Shown: in pieces, positions 28,710-38,074 of the stretch
How positions within the stretch are numbered: position 1 is the stretch's first letter
Layout: each line of letters starts with the position of its first letter
Assembly (NCBI GenBank): GCA_021813405.1
Contig: JAKAKS010000038.1
Span: 42,630-106,629 of the forward strand
DNA length: 64,000 nt
Reading direction: 5' to 3'
From: Nitrospirota bacterium
GTDB lineage: Bacteria > Nitrospirota > Thermodesulfovibrionia > Thermodesulfovibrionales > JdFR-88
The notes under the pieces: generated by a model
Database searches by the model: none
The model's input: only the letters and a program-made list of their open reading frames with translations
What the model was told of the DNA's origin: nothing
Made by a program: the position numbers and the translations under genes

Positions 28710-29648
28710 TTACCTGGGGCTCTCCTGTTTTCCGGTTTTAAAAAGCAGCAACTTAGCCATGGTCAGCAGAACAAAGCTCAGCACAAAAAGCAGAAGCGCG
28801 ATATAAAAAAGCGACGAAAGATAAATGCGTCCGCTGGCCTCGGTGAACTCGTTTGCCAGTGTTACGGTAATGGTGGCCGCGGCATCGAAAAGCGATTTTG
28901 TTATCTGGTGGTTGTTGCCCAGCACAAAGGCAACGGCCATGGTCTCGCCCAGGGCCCGGCCAAGCGACAGCACCGCCCCTCCGAAAACACCCAGCTTGGA
29001 ATACGGCAGCACCACGTTTTTTACAACTTCCCACTTGGTGGCCCCCATGGCATATGCGGATTCCTTCACGATGGCTGGCGTAAGCTGGAAGGCATCCCTG
29101 GCTATGCTTGCGGTAAATGGGATAACCATTATGCTCAGTATCAGGCTGGCCGTAAGAAGGTCCACCCCCATCGGGGTGCCCTGGAACAATATGCCTACCA
29201 GCGGGAGTTTCCCTATGGTGTTTTGAAGCCAAGGCTCTATGTGGTTTCCCATCAGAGGCGACAGCGTAAACAGCCCCCACATGCCGTAAATGATACTTGG
29301 TATGGCGGCCAGCATCTCTATGGCTACGCCGAACGGCCCTTTAAGAAATGACGGGGCTATCTCGGTCAGGAATATCGCGATGCCTATGGCAACCGGCAGG
29401 GCAAGAAGAAGCGACAGAAATGTGGTCACAAGCGTGCCGAAAAGGTTTGTTGCCGCGCCGAAGGACTCTTTTACCGGATCCCAATCCGTAGAGAAGATGA
29501 ATTTAAAGACCCCGAAAGCCTTTATCGCTGGGCTCGACTCACGAATGAGCACCACCAGTATTCCGGCAAATATAACAACAATGGTCAGGGCCGCCGCTGC
29601 TGTGACCACCTTGAATACCCAATCCATGGGGCTATACTTGAATTTCAT
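28710..29648 (-). CDS. pstC: Phosphate ABC transporter permease PstC
   Basis: Polytopic; ..VKESAYAMGATKWEVV.. First permease gene in the canonical C-A-B-U order. Confidence 0.85.
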   Translation of the reverse strand: MKFKYSPMDWVFKVVTAAAALTIVVIFAGILVVLIRESSPAIKAFGVFKFIFSTDWDPVKESFGAATNLFGTLVTTFLSLLLALPVAIGIAIFLTEIAPSFLKGPFGVAIEMLAAIPSIIYGMWGLFTLSPLMGNHIEPWLQNTIGKLPLVGILFQGTPMGVDLLTASLILSIMVIPFTASIARDAFQLTPAIVKESAYAMGATKWEVVKNVVLPYSKLGVFGGAVLSLGRALGETMAVAFVLGNNHQITKSLFDAAATITVTLANEFTEASGRIYLSSLFYIALLLFVLSFVLLTMAKLLLFKTGKQESPR

Positions 29649-29674
29649 GCTCCTCCAGAGTGAATCAGCAATAA

Positions 29675-29709
29675 ATTATATAAGGGTGAATGTTACAGGA
29701 ATGTTACAG
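29675..29709 (-). promoter_or_regulatory. Pho box (two tandem 11-bp repeats) plus -10 hexamer upstream of pstC
   Basis: The minus strand reads CTGTAACATTC CTGTAACATTC (29709-29688), then 7 nt, then TATAAT (29680-29675). The E. coli Pho box consensus is CTGTCAT-A(A/T)A(A/T)-CTGTCA(C/T). Confidence 0.55.
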
Positions 29710-29784
29710 TAAGGTTAAATCTGGGTTTCACGCCGGAAGCTATAGCCGGCCAGTTGGGAAACTAGGGGCACCCATTCCAGTAAA

Positions 29785-31035
29785 TCAGGGCATGTAAATA
29801 CGTATCGTTGTGCCTTTGCCGGGTTCGCTGTCTATATTCATCTTCCAGCCGTGGGCCAGAACAAGGTGCTTTACTATGGCCAGCCCAAGCCCGGTGCCGC
29901 CCAGTTCACGGGAGCGGGAAGGGTCCACGCGGAAAAACCTTTCGCCCAGGCGGGAGATAAATTTCTTGGGCACGCCGATGCCGGTGTCCTGGATGGTAAG
30001 CACGCACCTGTAATGTTCGTCCTCCCTTGCGCGTATTGTTACCCCGCCGGTGTCCGTATACTTTATCGCGTTGTCCAGCAGGTTTGTGATTATCTGAGTA
30101 AGGCGCATCGGGTCCGCCTGGATCTCCGCGCATTGCCCGGGTATCTCTTTTTTAATGTAAAGCCCCTTGGCATTGGCCTTCTCCATAAAAAGCGAGGCCG
30201 CGCCGTCCACTATGCCAGACAGGGAAACCGCCGCAATCTCCATCGGCACGGCGCCGAATTCTATCCTGGAAAGCGTTATTAAATCCTTTACAAGCTGGTC
30301 CATCCGTTCGGACTGGAACTTTACTATGTTCAGGAATTTCACCGCGTCTTCCCGGTTGTCCAGCGCGCCGTCCAGCAGGGTTTCCACATAGCCCTTTATG
30401 GCGGTAACCGGTGTTTTCAGTTCATGAGAGACGTTTGCCACAAAGTCCCTGCGTATCTCGTCTATCCTTTTTTCCCCTGTTACGTCTCTGAAGATCATCA
30501 CCGCGCCTGCGTATTTTTCCTGGTCACCCGCAAACGGGACAACAGAGGTCTCTACATATTTGGAATTTACCTGGTAAGTCTCGGTCTTTCCGGAGTTTTC
30601 GTTTCTCGCGCTTTCGATAAGCGCATTTACGGAGGATATGTTAGTTGCCTCTGTGATGCCTTTTTTGCCGGTCGTCTGCCTGTAGTGAAACATCTGCTCG
30701 AAAACCGGATTTGCAGACCTGACGCGGTTTTTGGAATCCAGCACAACGATCCCGGAAGGTATGCTCTTTAGTATCTGGTCTGTCCTTCTTTTAAGGAAGT
30801 CTGTTTCGCGCATCTTTTCTTCCAGGAGGGCGGCCACCACGCTTAAATTGGACACTATTCTTGAAAACCCGTGCCTTCCCCGCAGGTAAAGCCTCCTTTG
30901 CAGGTTGCCTGCGGCCAGGCCTGCGGAGAACTCCTCCAGTTGCCTGAAGTGCAAGGTTATGATGATTATCCTGTATAGCAGGTATAAAGCCGCCAGCGCC
31001 GGTATGGCGAGCACTATCGCAATGGATGCGCTCAA
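29785..31035 (-). CDS. phoR: Sensor histidine kinase, PhoR-like (TM/HAMP-PAS-HisKA-HATPase)
   Basis: H-box SHELKTPVTAIKGY; N and G boxes (NLLDNAIKY, DTGIGVP, GGTGLGLAI). Overlaps the upstream OmpR-family regulator gene by 4 nt and precedes pstCAB-phoU. Confidence 0.7.
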   Translation of the reverse strand: MSASIAIVLAIPALAALYLLYRIIIITLHFRQLEEFSAGLAAGNLQRRLYLRGRHGFSRIVSNLSVVAALLEEKMRETDFLKRRTDQILKSIPSGIVVLDSKNRVRSANPVFEQMFHYRQTTGKKGITEATNISSVNALIESARNENSGKTETYQVNSKYVETSVVPFAGDQEKYAGAVMIFRDVTGEKRIDEIRRDFVANVSHELKTPVTAIKGYVETLLDGALDNREDAVKFLNIVKFQSERMDQLVKDLITLSRIEFGAVPMEIAAVSLSGIVDGAASLFMEKANAKGLYIKKEIPGQCAEIQADPMRLTQIITNLLDNAIKYTDTGGVTIRAREDEHYRCVLTIQDTGIGVPKKFISRLGERFFRVDPSRSRELGGTGLGLAIVKHLVLAHGWKMNIDSEPGKGTTIRIYMP

Positions 31036-31742
31036 TTGCCGTCACTCCCGAAGAAATACCCCACGCCTCTTTTTGTAAGTATCAGCTTTGGTTCCGAAGG
31101 GTCGTCCTCTATTTTTTCCCTTAGCCTGCGTATGTGAACGTCCACGGTCCGCGGCTCCACGTAGGCCTCTCTGCCCCATACGGCATCCAGCAGGAAATCC
31201 CGGCCCATCACCTTTCCGGGTCTCTCAGCCATATACAGCAGAAGCTTGAATTCTATGGCGGACAAATCCAGCGAGGCCCCGCCCTTCTTAACAATATATT
31301 TTTCGGTATCTATGACTATATCTCCGGTTTTCAGCTGTTTGCCCGGCGCGGCCTTTTCCCTTTCTCCTGTCCGCCTTAGCACGGCCTTTATCCTTGCCAG
31401 AAGATCCCTTGGGCTGAATGGCTTTGTAACGTAATCGTCCGCGCCAAGTTCCAGGCCCAGCACTTTGTCAATCTCTTCCGCCCTGGCTGTAAGCATTATA
31501 ACCGGGATGCCGGAGGTCTCCGGGTTGCCTTTCAGTGCCCTGCAAAGCTCCATGCCGTCCATGCCTGGCAGCATAAGATCCAGCAGTATGAGATCGTATT
31601 TCCCGCCTTTCGACATGTTCAGCGCTTCAGTGCCTGTGGCGGCAACTTCGGTTGCGTAACCCTGTTTTTTAAGATTATAGTCCAGGAGGCCGCGTATGTC
31701 CTTTTCATCCTCCACTATCAGAACGCGTTTTTGGCTCATCAT
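31032..31742 (-). CDS. phoB: OmpR/PhoB-family response regulator
   Basis: Receiver domain (VLIVEDEKD..LILLDLMLPGMDG..MLTAR..GADDYVTKPF) plus a winged-helix output (..LTKRGVGYFF). Its context with phoR and the pst genes supports the call. Confidence 0.75.
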   Translation of the reverse strand: MMSQKRVLIVEDEKDIRGLLDYNLKKQGYATEVAATGTEALNMSKGGKYDLILLDLMLPGMDGMELCRALKGNPETSGIPVIMLTARAEEIDKVLGLELGADDYVTKPFSPRDLLARIKAVLRRTGEREKAAPGKQLKTGDIVIDTEKYIVKKGGASLDLSAIEFKLLLYMAERPGKVMGRDFLLDAVWGREAYVEPRTVDVHIRRLREKIEDDPSEPKLILTKRGVGYFFGSDGN

Positions 31743-31773
31743 GATAATTTACACCAAACCGGCTGCTTTTGAA

Positions 31774-34485
31774 TTATTTTCGCCTGGGCGGCAGCAGAAC
31801 TCCCAGGCAGGCCAGGAATGTAAACCCGCTAAGGACGGAAAGGGCGTAAAAGACTTGAGGCCTGTACACGAAACGGACTTTGTGCGCGCCTGGCGGCACG
31901 ATTATCCCCCTCATTACCCCGTCAGTTCTGTATATCTTTGTACTTTTGCCGTCGGTATACGCCTGCCAGCCGGGGTAGAACTGGTCAGCAAGCACCAGAA
32001 AGCCGCCTGCCTGGCCTGCCGAGGCTGTTATATCCACATCTTCAAGGCCGTAATGGGTAATGCTTGCAGTGCCTCCGCTGAATGCCGTTTGCGTGCCGCC
32101 GTCCATTTCGCGGGAAGAAACAGTAGCCAGCACCGCGGGGTTTATCTGGCCAGTCTCTAAAAGGTACTTGGTTTGCTCCAGGCCGGAAACCGGTACAATA
32201 CCGCGGACCATATAGGCCTTTGGAAGCGCGTTCAGGTTTTCAAAGTATGTCCAGCCGGTGGTCTCGAAAGCCTTCCTGTAGACCTCGCCTCCGCTTTTAA
32301 CCGATATGGGCAGCGGCCCTCCCGGTTCCAGCTTCGATAAGGAGATGCCGGTTATCTCAACCTCTTTTCTAAGCGGCGCGCTTAGAAATATGGTGACCGG
32401 CCCCTCAGCCGGGTGGAAGAGCACCCTGTGGAATGTGCGTGGCTTCCGGCCCAGCACGCCAGGATAGGTATAAAGCGGTATGGTGGTAAACCTGTAGGGC
32501 TTGTTTTCATCTGAAAACTCGGCGCGCAGGCTTGCGCCTTTCTGAAGGGCCATTGCGCTGAACGTAAGCAGATATGTGCCGGGGGTGGCCTTCATGCCGG
32601 GGCTGAAGCTGATTGTGTCTTTTGTCTTGTCGTCCGGAGGAGGAATTATCTTGGGTGAATCATCGGAGCCAAGCGCAACCTCTTTTGAAACACCCGTTGA
32701 AGCCCTGAGCCCTGCCTCAAGCGGATAACCAAGCCCGGCAAGCTGGTCCTGCTTTATGGCTATCCATTTAACGCCTGCCATGCTCAATATGGAATTGCCG
32801 GATATAAGTTCGTCTGAGTACATGGTGTATGACATCGGGTCCACATCGAACAGGTAGGCATAGTCATCAAGCTCAAGCTGATCGTAGGAGTTAAACACTT
32901 GCTGCCCGCAGGTAACATTTATCAGTTCCGGAGAAAAGATATTCATTACCCTGAACGGATTTTGGGCGGATTCCGTTTTTTGCAGTGTTTGATATCCCGC
33001 GCCGGCGCAGGCTTTTTTAACCCCGGCCAGCGGCTTGCCGGTTATCTCATAAGGGGCAAAGATCCTGACGGTCTCGAACGCCGCCAGGACAAGCGCGGCC
33101 CAGAAGAACGGCTTGAGTTTTATTTTTTCAAAAAGCGCCAGGCAGATGATGTACAGGACGGACATTGCCAATGAGAATGTTACGGCGGAATTGCCGGGAG
33201 TAAAGGCCCCAAGGAAGCCCGGCTGCGCAAAAAAACTGCACACAAGGAGCGCGGCCCACACTGCGGGTATGGATAACAGTAAAAGCATTGCCAGCCGCGA
33301 GTCCCCCCGGCGGCGCATGGCCCCGTCTATCCCTTCGGCAAACAGGACGGACACTGCAAAAGAAAGCTCGAAGATATTTCTGCCATGGGCACGGAAAAGC
33401 CCGTACACAGGCATGTGCACAAGCAGCGCACCAAGCGGCGTCATCGTGCCCATGGACAGCACCAGCGCGAACACCGCCAATACAGACCAGAAACTGGTCC
33501 ACCTTGATGTCCTGAAACCTTTAATTGCAGCGGAAACCGCGAGGGCCAGGGGAAGTATCCCGATGTAAAAACTTACCGAGTCTTCCGGCCTGAGCAGTTT
33601 CCTCCCAAGGTCCCCCCGGTACAGAAACGGAAACAGCGCCGAGGGTATGTCCTTGGGATACATATGATATGCATGAGAGAAAAACGTCCCCAGCGAACCG
33701 GCTATATGGTCCCGCACGGAGATGCGTGACAGTTCCAGCGTGGGCCAAATCTGCACGGACGAGATTGCGGCCGCAAGCCCAAGCCCAAGCCCGAAGCAAA
33801 TCAGCAGCGCGGGCCTGGATGCCTTCGGCGCTTCCGGCAGGGCGTAAAGGAAATAGAACAACGCCACCGCCATTGAATACATGAAAATCTGGAAATTGCC
33901 GGCAAGCGCCTGCACCGCTACCGAAAGCGCAAGGGCCGCTGCCCAACGCAGCATCTCTGCCCGTGGGGCGGCCTTCCTCATTCTCTCTATTGTGTAAAGG
34001 ACAAGCGGCAGCCAGACGGATGTGTTCTGTATGGCCGTGTCATCGTGAACAGTGGCCAGGTAGCCTGAAAAGCAGAAGAGCATCCCTGCCGTGGCGGACG
34101 CCAGGCGCGACCTGCCTGATTCCCTCAGAAAAATAAACGTGAAAAATCCCGCAAGCGCGCAATGGAAAATGATGTTCAGGTTGAAGGCCGTGGCCGGCTG
34201 CAGAAGGAAATACGCGATGAGGTTGATTGGGTAAAGCGCGCCGGTCTGCATGGCCCCTATATACGGGATGCCCGCGAATTCGTACGGGTTCCACAGAGGG
34301 ACATGAAAATGCTTCAGCTGGGCGGAGTAGAAGGCCCTTAACGGATAGTTCTGGTTCCAGCCGTCCCCAGTTGGAAAAACGTAAAGGATCCCGCCCGCTA
34401 TCAGCTTGTAGTAAAACACGGCAGACAGCAGCAGAAAAAGCATGAAGAAAAAAAGCGTCTCTTTTTTACGGTGAGCAGGTGGCAT
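31774..34485 (-). CDS. YfhO-family polytopic membrane protein (putative GT-C-type glycosyltransferase)
   Basis: About 900 aa with many TM segments followed by a soluble C-terminal domain. The N-terminal region ..WNQNYPLRAFYSAQLKHFHVPLWNPYEFAGIPYIG..GALYPIN.. resembles YfhO. Start taken at ATG 34485; the ORF extends to 34551. Confidence 0.55.
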   Translation of the reverse strand: MPPAHRKKETLFFFMLFLLLSAVFYYKLIAGGILYVFPTGDGWNQNYPLRAFYSAQLKHFHVPLWNPYEFAGIPYIGAMQTGALYPINLIAYFLLQPATAFNLNIIFHCALAGFFTFIFLRESGRSRLASATAGMLFCFSGYLATVHDDTAIQNTSVWLPLVLYTIERMRKAAPRAEMLRWAAALALSVAVQALAGNFQIFMYSMAVALFYFLYALPEAPKASRPALLICFGLGLGLAAAISSVQIWPTLELSRISVRDHIAGSLGTFFSHAYHMYPKDIPSALFPFLYRGDLGRKLLRPEDSVSFYIGILPLALAVSAAIKGFRTSRWTSFWSVLAVFALVLSMGTMTPLGALLVHMPVYGLFRAHGRNIFELSFAVSVLFAEGIDGAMRRRGDSRLAMLLLLSIPAVWAALLVCSFFAQPGFLGAFTPGNSAVTFSLAMSVLYIICLALFEKIKLKPFFWAALVLAAFETVRIFAPYEITGKPLAGVKKACAGAGYQTLQKTESAQNPFRVMNIFSPELINVTCGQQVFNSYDQLELDDYAYLFDVDPMSYTMYSDELISGNSILSMAGVKWIAIKQDQLAGLGYPLEAGLRASTGVSKEVALGSDDSPKIIPPPDDKTKDTISFSPGMKATPGTYLLTFSAMALQKGASLRAEFSDENKPYRFTTIPLYTYPGVLGRKPRTFHRVLFHPAEGPVTIFLSAPLRKEVEITGISLSKLEPGGPLPISVKSGGEVYRKAFETTGWTYFENLNALPKAYMVRGIVPVSGLEQTKYLLETGQINPAVLATVSSREMDGGTQTAFSGGTASITHYGLEDVDITASAGQAGGFLVLADQFYPGWQAYTDGKSTKIYRTDGVMRGIIVPPGAHKVRFVYRPQVFYALSVLSGFTFLACLGVLLPPRRK

Positions 34486-34569
34486 CGAAGCAATATAACA
34501 CGTTTTAAAGCCGCTGCGCCACAGCGCAAATGTGGATATTTCCATTTCCATGATTTAAGATAAATCCAG

Positions 34570-35544
34570 ATGGCAAAGGCTAAGATACTTTTTGTGGAGG
34601 ACAGCAGGTCCCAGGCGGCCGCCACCAGTGATTTCCTGGAGAGGGCCGGGTATGACGTTGTTTGGGCCGAAAACGGCACGTCCGCCATAAAGATTGCCAA
34701 AACCGAACCCATCGATGTGATCATCCTGGATCTTGAACTGCCGGACCTTAGCGGCAATGAAGTCTGCCGGTGGCTGAAGATGAATGATGACACCCGTGGC
34801 ATCCCCATAATCATGCTTACGGCCAAGGCCGGCGTCCAGAACAAGGTGGCCGGGCTGGAAGCCGGGGCGGACGATTATCTTTCCAAACCCTATATGGACA
34901 GCGAACTCAGCGCCCGCATATATGCCAGCTTGAGAACAAAAGCGCTTCAGGACGAGTTGCGGCGCAAAAACCAGCAGCTTCGGGACCTGCTTTCCAAAGT
35001 GGAGGTGTTGGCTGTAACAGACCCGCTTACATCCCTTTTCAACCGGCGGCACTTCGAGAACATGCTTGTAAAAGAGATAGAGCGGGCCCGGCGGTACGAA
35101 GCCCCGTTCAGCTGCATAATGATAGACCTGGACCATTTTAAAAGAATAAACGACGCCTTCGGCCACGTGGCCGGAGATTCCGTTCTGGTTGAAACGTCAA
35201 GCATCCTGCGCAGCTCGGTGAGGGAGGCGGACACCGTTGCCAGATGGGGAGGCGAGGAGTTTGTAATCCTTCTGCCCGAATCCAGCAAGGAGGCGTCCCT
35301 TATCCCCGCAAACAGGATACTGGAATCTGTTGCGTCCCATTCATTCCGCCTGGCCCCCGGGACCGTTGTCACTGTGAGCATCGGCATAGCGGATTCCAGC
35401 GGCATCAGCGCGGGCGAACTTGGCGACAGGGTTTTAAACGACGCCGATACGGCGCTCTACCAGGCCAAGCGCAACGGACGCAACCGGATAGAGCTGCATC
35501 AGGCCGGCCCCGCGGGGTCTGCGCCTTCTTCCGGCGGCAAGTAG
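34570..35544 (+). CDS. Response regulator with GGDEF diguanylate cyclase output
   Basis: REC domain (ILFVEDS..VIILDLELPDLSG..MLTAK..GADDYLSKP) plus a GGDEF domain with the active-site motif RWGGEEF. An I-site RxxD (READ) lies 5 residues upstream of it. Confidence 0.85.
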   Translation: MAKAKILFVEDSRSQAAATSDFLERAGYDVVWAENGTSAIKIAKTEPIDVIILDLELPDLSGNEVCRWLKMNDDTRGIPIIMLTAKAGVQNKVAGLEAGADDYLSKPYMDSELSARIYASLRTKALQDELRRKNQQLRDLLSKVEVLAVTDPLTSLFNRRHFENMLVKEIERARRYEAPFSCIMIDLDHFKRINDAFGHVAGDSVLVETSSILRSSVREADTVARWGGEEFVILLPESSKEASLIPANRILESVASHSFRLAPGTVVTVSIGIADSSGISAGELGDRVLNDADTALYQAKRNGRNRIELHQAGPAGSAPSSGGK

Positions 35545-36758
35545 TACTTTTTTTTCTGCCGCATATACTCCTGCTCCACCTTCGCGCCCGGATAGTTGTG
35601 AGGATACTTGTACCCTTCGCCATGCCCCAGTTCCTGCGCCCCACGGTAATGGGCGTCCTTAAGGTGGTCCGGCACTTCCCGGGTCCTTTCCTCCTCGACG
35701 TCCTTCATGGCGCGTTCCAGCCCCATGTATGCAGCATTGCTCTTTGGGGCCGTGGCGGCATATACCGTGGCGTGCGCAAGCGGGATTTTGCCTTCCGGCA
35801 TTCCAACGAACTCCACCGCCTTTAACGCGGACACCGCCAGCACCAGCGCCATCGGGTCTTTGATGCCTATGTTCTCCGAGGCGAATATGATCAGCCTCCT
35901 GGCGATAAACCTGGGGTCCTCGCCGGCGTATATCATCTTGGCAAGATAGTATAGCGCGGCGTCCGGGTCAGACCCTCTCATGCTTTTTATGAATGCCGAT
36001 ATGGTGTCGTAGTGCTGGTCCCCGGCCTTGTCGTAGAGGACGGCCTTCTTCTGGATGGAGTCCTCCGCTATTTCCTTTGTGATTACCACCTTCCCGCCGC
36101 TGGCGGCGGGCGTGGTGAGCACGGCAAGCTCCAGGGCGGAAAGCGCCCGCCTGGCATCGCCATCCGCCGTGCGCGCCAAATGGCGTATGGCCTCCGGCAC
36201 GGCCGCCACATTCATATGGCCAAGCCCTCTTTGCCTGTCCTGGAGAGCGCGTTCCAGGATGGATACCAGATGAGCCTCGGAAAGCGGCTTAAGCTCAAAC
36301 ACCTGGCTTCTTGAAAGCAGGGCGGAGTTGATGTAGAAGAACGGGTTTTCAACAGTGGCGGCAATCAACACTATGTTGCCTTCCTCCACGTCCGGAAGCA
36401 GCGCGTCCTGCTGGAGCTTGTTGAACCTGTGTATCTCGTCCAGAAACAGGATGGTCTTTCCGCCGGATTCGCGGACGCGCTTGGCGTCCGCCAGCGCCTT
36501 CCTCAGTTCCGGCACGCCCGCGATGGCGGCGTTCATCCACTTGAAACCGGCTTTCGTCTTGCCCGCTATTATCCTGGCAAGCGCGGTCTTTCCGGTGCCG
36601 GGGGGGCCGTAGAAGATGAGGGAGGTTATGCGGTCCGCCTCGATTGCGCGCCTTAAAAGCTTGCCTTCCCCCAGGATATGCTCCTGCCCCATATACTCCT
36701 CAAGCGTGCGGGGGCACATCCTGTAGGCAAGCGGCTCGTCCTTGAAAAGAGAAGTCAT
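35499..36758 (-). CDS. rarA: Replication-associated recombination protein A (AAA+ ATPase)
   Basis: ..PLAYRMCPRTLEEYMGQEHILGEGKLLRRAIE..LIFYGPPGTGKTALA..LFLDEIHRFNK.. and a MgsA C-terminal domain. Start taken at ATG 36758, by analogy with the RarA N-terminus. Confidence 0.85.
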   Translation of the reverse strand: MTSLFKDEPLAYRMCPRTLEEYMGQEHILGEGKLLRRAIEADRITSLIFYGPPGTGKTALARIIAGKTKAGFKWMNAAIAGVPELRKALADAKRVRESGGKTILFLDEIHRFNKLQQDALLPDVEEGNIVLIAATVENPFFYINSALLSRSQVFELKPLSEAHLVSILERALQDRQRGLGHMNVAAVPEAIRHLARTADGDARRALSALELAVLTTPAASGGKVVITKEIAEDSIQKKAVLYDKAGDQHYDTISAFIKSMRGSDPDAALYYLAKMIYAGEDPRFIARRLIIFASENIGIKDPMALVLAVSALKAVEFVGMPEGKIPLAHATVYAATAPKSNAAYMGLERAMKDVEEERTREVPDHLKDAHYRGAQELGHGEGYKYPHNYPGAKVEQEYMRQKKKYYLPPEEGADPAGPA

Positions 36759-37154
36759 ATCTGAGTTTATCGCCGGGTTGGAAAGATTGTCAAAAAAGGA
36801 TAAGCCTCTCCTGGGATTCGGTGGACAGCGACTTCGCTTCTGTAACACTTGGTTCATTTACCAATGCCAGTCTGTTCTCCGGTTTTTTCGCTGGCGGTGT
36901 TCGTCTTCATTAGGGCGCGGTCTTTCTCCACTATGCTCACCGTGCTTGCCATGCGCGGCTGACATGAATACGGCAAACGGCTACCGCCGCCTGACTGCCG
37001 GGAGGCTCGCCGCGCCCACTTCGCTCAACCGCCCGCTCCCCCAGGGTAAGGCAAAACAACAGCCTTTCAAACAGAGCCCTTTTACTCACAAGAAATCTTG
37101 AAGAAAAAGAAGATGCCTCAACCTTGTCTCCCACTCTCCGCAGCACCAGCCCTC

Positions 37155-37181
37155 GCGCGCGCGTGCGCGCGCATTTTTTTT
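37155..37181 (+). terminator. Orphan rho-independent terminator (all-GC stem plus T8) with no upstream plus-strand gene
   Basis: GCGCGCG-cgtg-CGCGCGC (7-bp stem, tetraloop), then A and TTTTTTTT (37174-37181). No T-run follows on the minus strand, so it is oriented for plus-strand transcripts. Confidence 0.55.
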
Positions 37182-37437
37182 AGCGTTCAATCCCGAATTT
37201 GAAACATCTTGATTTAAAACATTTTTACGGATTACGCCGTTCAATCTGTTCAAATAATGCCCCAATTCAGTCTTTTCCTCCAGGCATGCCGCTGCCTTCC
37301 CCGCCTGCATCTTATCATGCCAAAACATGACATTGTCCATATGACATACGTCATGAAGTTTACGTCATGGCTTGGGTCTAAGGAGAGAAGTTGAACGGGT
37401 AAATATTTCCCTGGCCGGAAGCAGTTTTGAGGCAGGG

Positions 37438-38073
37438 TTAAATATTATTCGATGGGCATATGTCAAACAGCACGCATTCCTTGTGCTTTGGTGCCCGGGC
37501 GGTGCATACGCGCCTGCCGTGCAGTATCAGCATGTGCGAGATGCCGCCCCAGTGCTCTTTTGGGGTAAGCGCAATCAAATCCTGCTCGATTTTTACAGGG
37601 TCCTCATGGTGGGTGATGCCAAGCCTCTGACTGAGCCTCCGTACATGTGTATCCACGGCTATCCCTTCATGTATGCCAAAGGCGTTTGTAAGCACTATAT
37701 TTGCGGTCTTCCTGGCAACGCCGGGCAGGGTGACAAGCTCCTCCATGGTTTTGGGAACATTGCCCTTGAACTGTTCCGTTATTATCTGTGCGCTGGCCTT
37801 TATGTTCTTTGCCTTGTTCTTGTAGAAGTTGATGGAGGACAAGTCTTTTTCCAGCTCTGCGGGATTGGCATCGGCAAAATCCCTGATGCTTTTGTACTTT
37901 TTGAAAAGCCTTTCTGTAACCCTGTTTACCCCAGCGTCGGTTGCCTGAGCCGAAAGTATGGTTGCCGCCAGAAGCTCGAAAGGATTGCCGAAATGTAATT
38001 CCGTCTTTGCTTCCGGATATTCTTTTGAAAGCCTTTTTATTATTTCCTTCACTTTCGCCGTATTGCCAAACAT
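37438..38073 (-). CDS. nth: Endonuclease III (DNA glycosylase/AP lyase)
   Basis: HhH-GPD motif ..LVTLPGVARKTANIVL.. and a C-terminal 4Fe-4S cluster loop, CTARAPKHKECVLFDICP. ATG 38073 lies 1 nt after the acpS stop. Confidence 0.9.
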   Translation of the reverse strand: MFGNTAKVKEIIKRLSKEYPEAKTELHFGNPFELLAATILSAQATDAGVNRVTERLFKKYKSIRDFADANPAELEKDLSSINFYKNKAKNIKASAQIITEQFKGNVPKTMEELVTLPGVARKTANIVLTNAFGIHEGIAVDTHVRRLSQRLGITHHEDPVKIEQDLIALTPKEHWGGISHMLILHGRRVCTARAPKHKECVLFDICPSNNI

Positions 38074-38074
38074 G

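Noticed and set aside
27393-29351. 652-aa plus-strand ORF
   Set aside because: It lies entirely antisense to pstB, pstA and pstC, which carry unmistakable ABC motifs. Its product has skewed composition and no recognisable motifs, so it is a shadow ORF in a GC-rich region.
36742-37340. ORFs 36742-37101 (+), 36937-37146 (-), 37086-37340 (-), and a 23-aa ORF 37113-37184 (+) that ends in the terminator
   Set aside because: Their composition is Arg/Cys/Ser/Leu-rich. None has a credible ribosome-binding site, and they run through the GC hairpin. They are treated as non-coding, and the region is reported as a finding instead.
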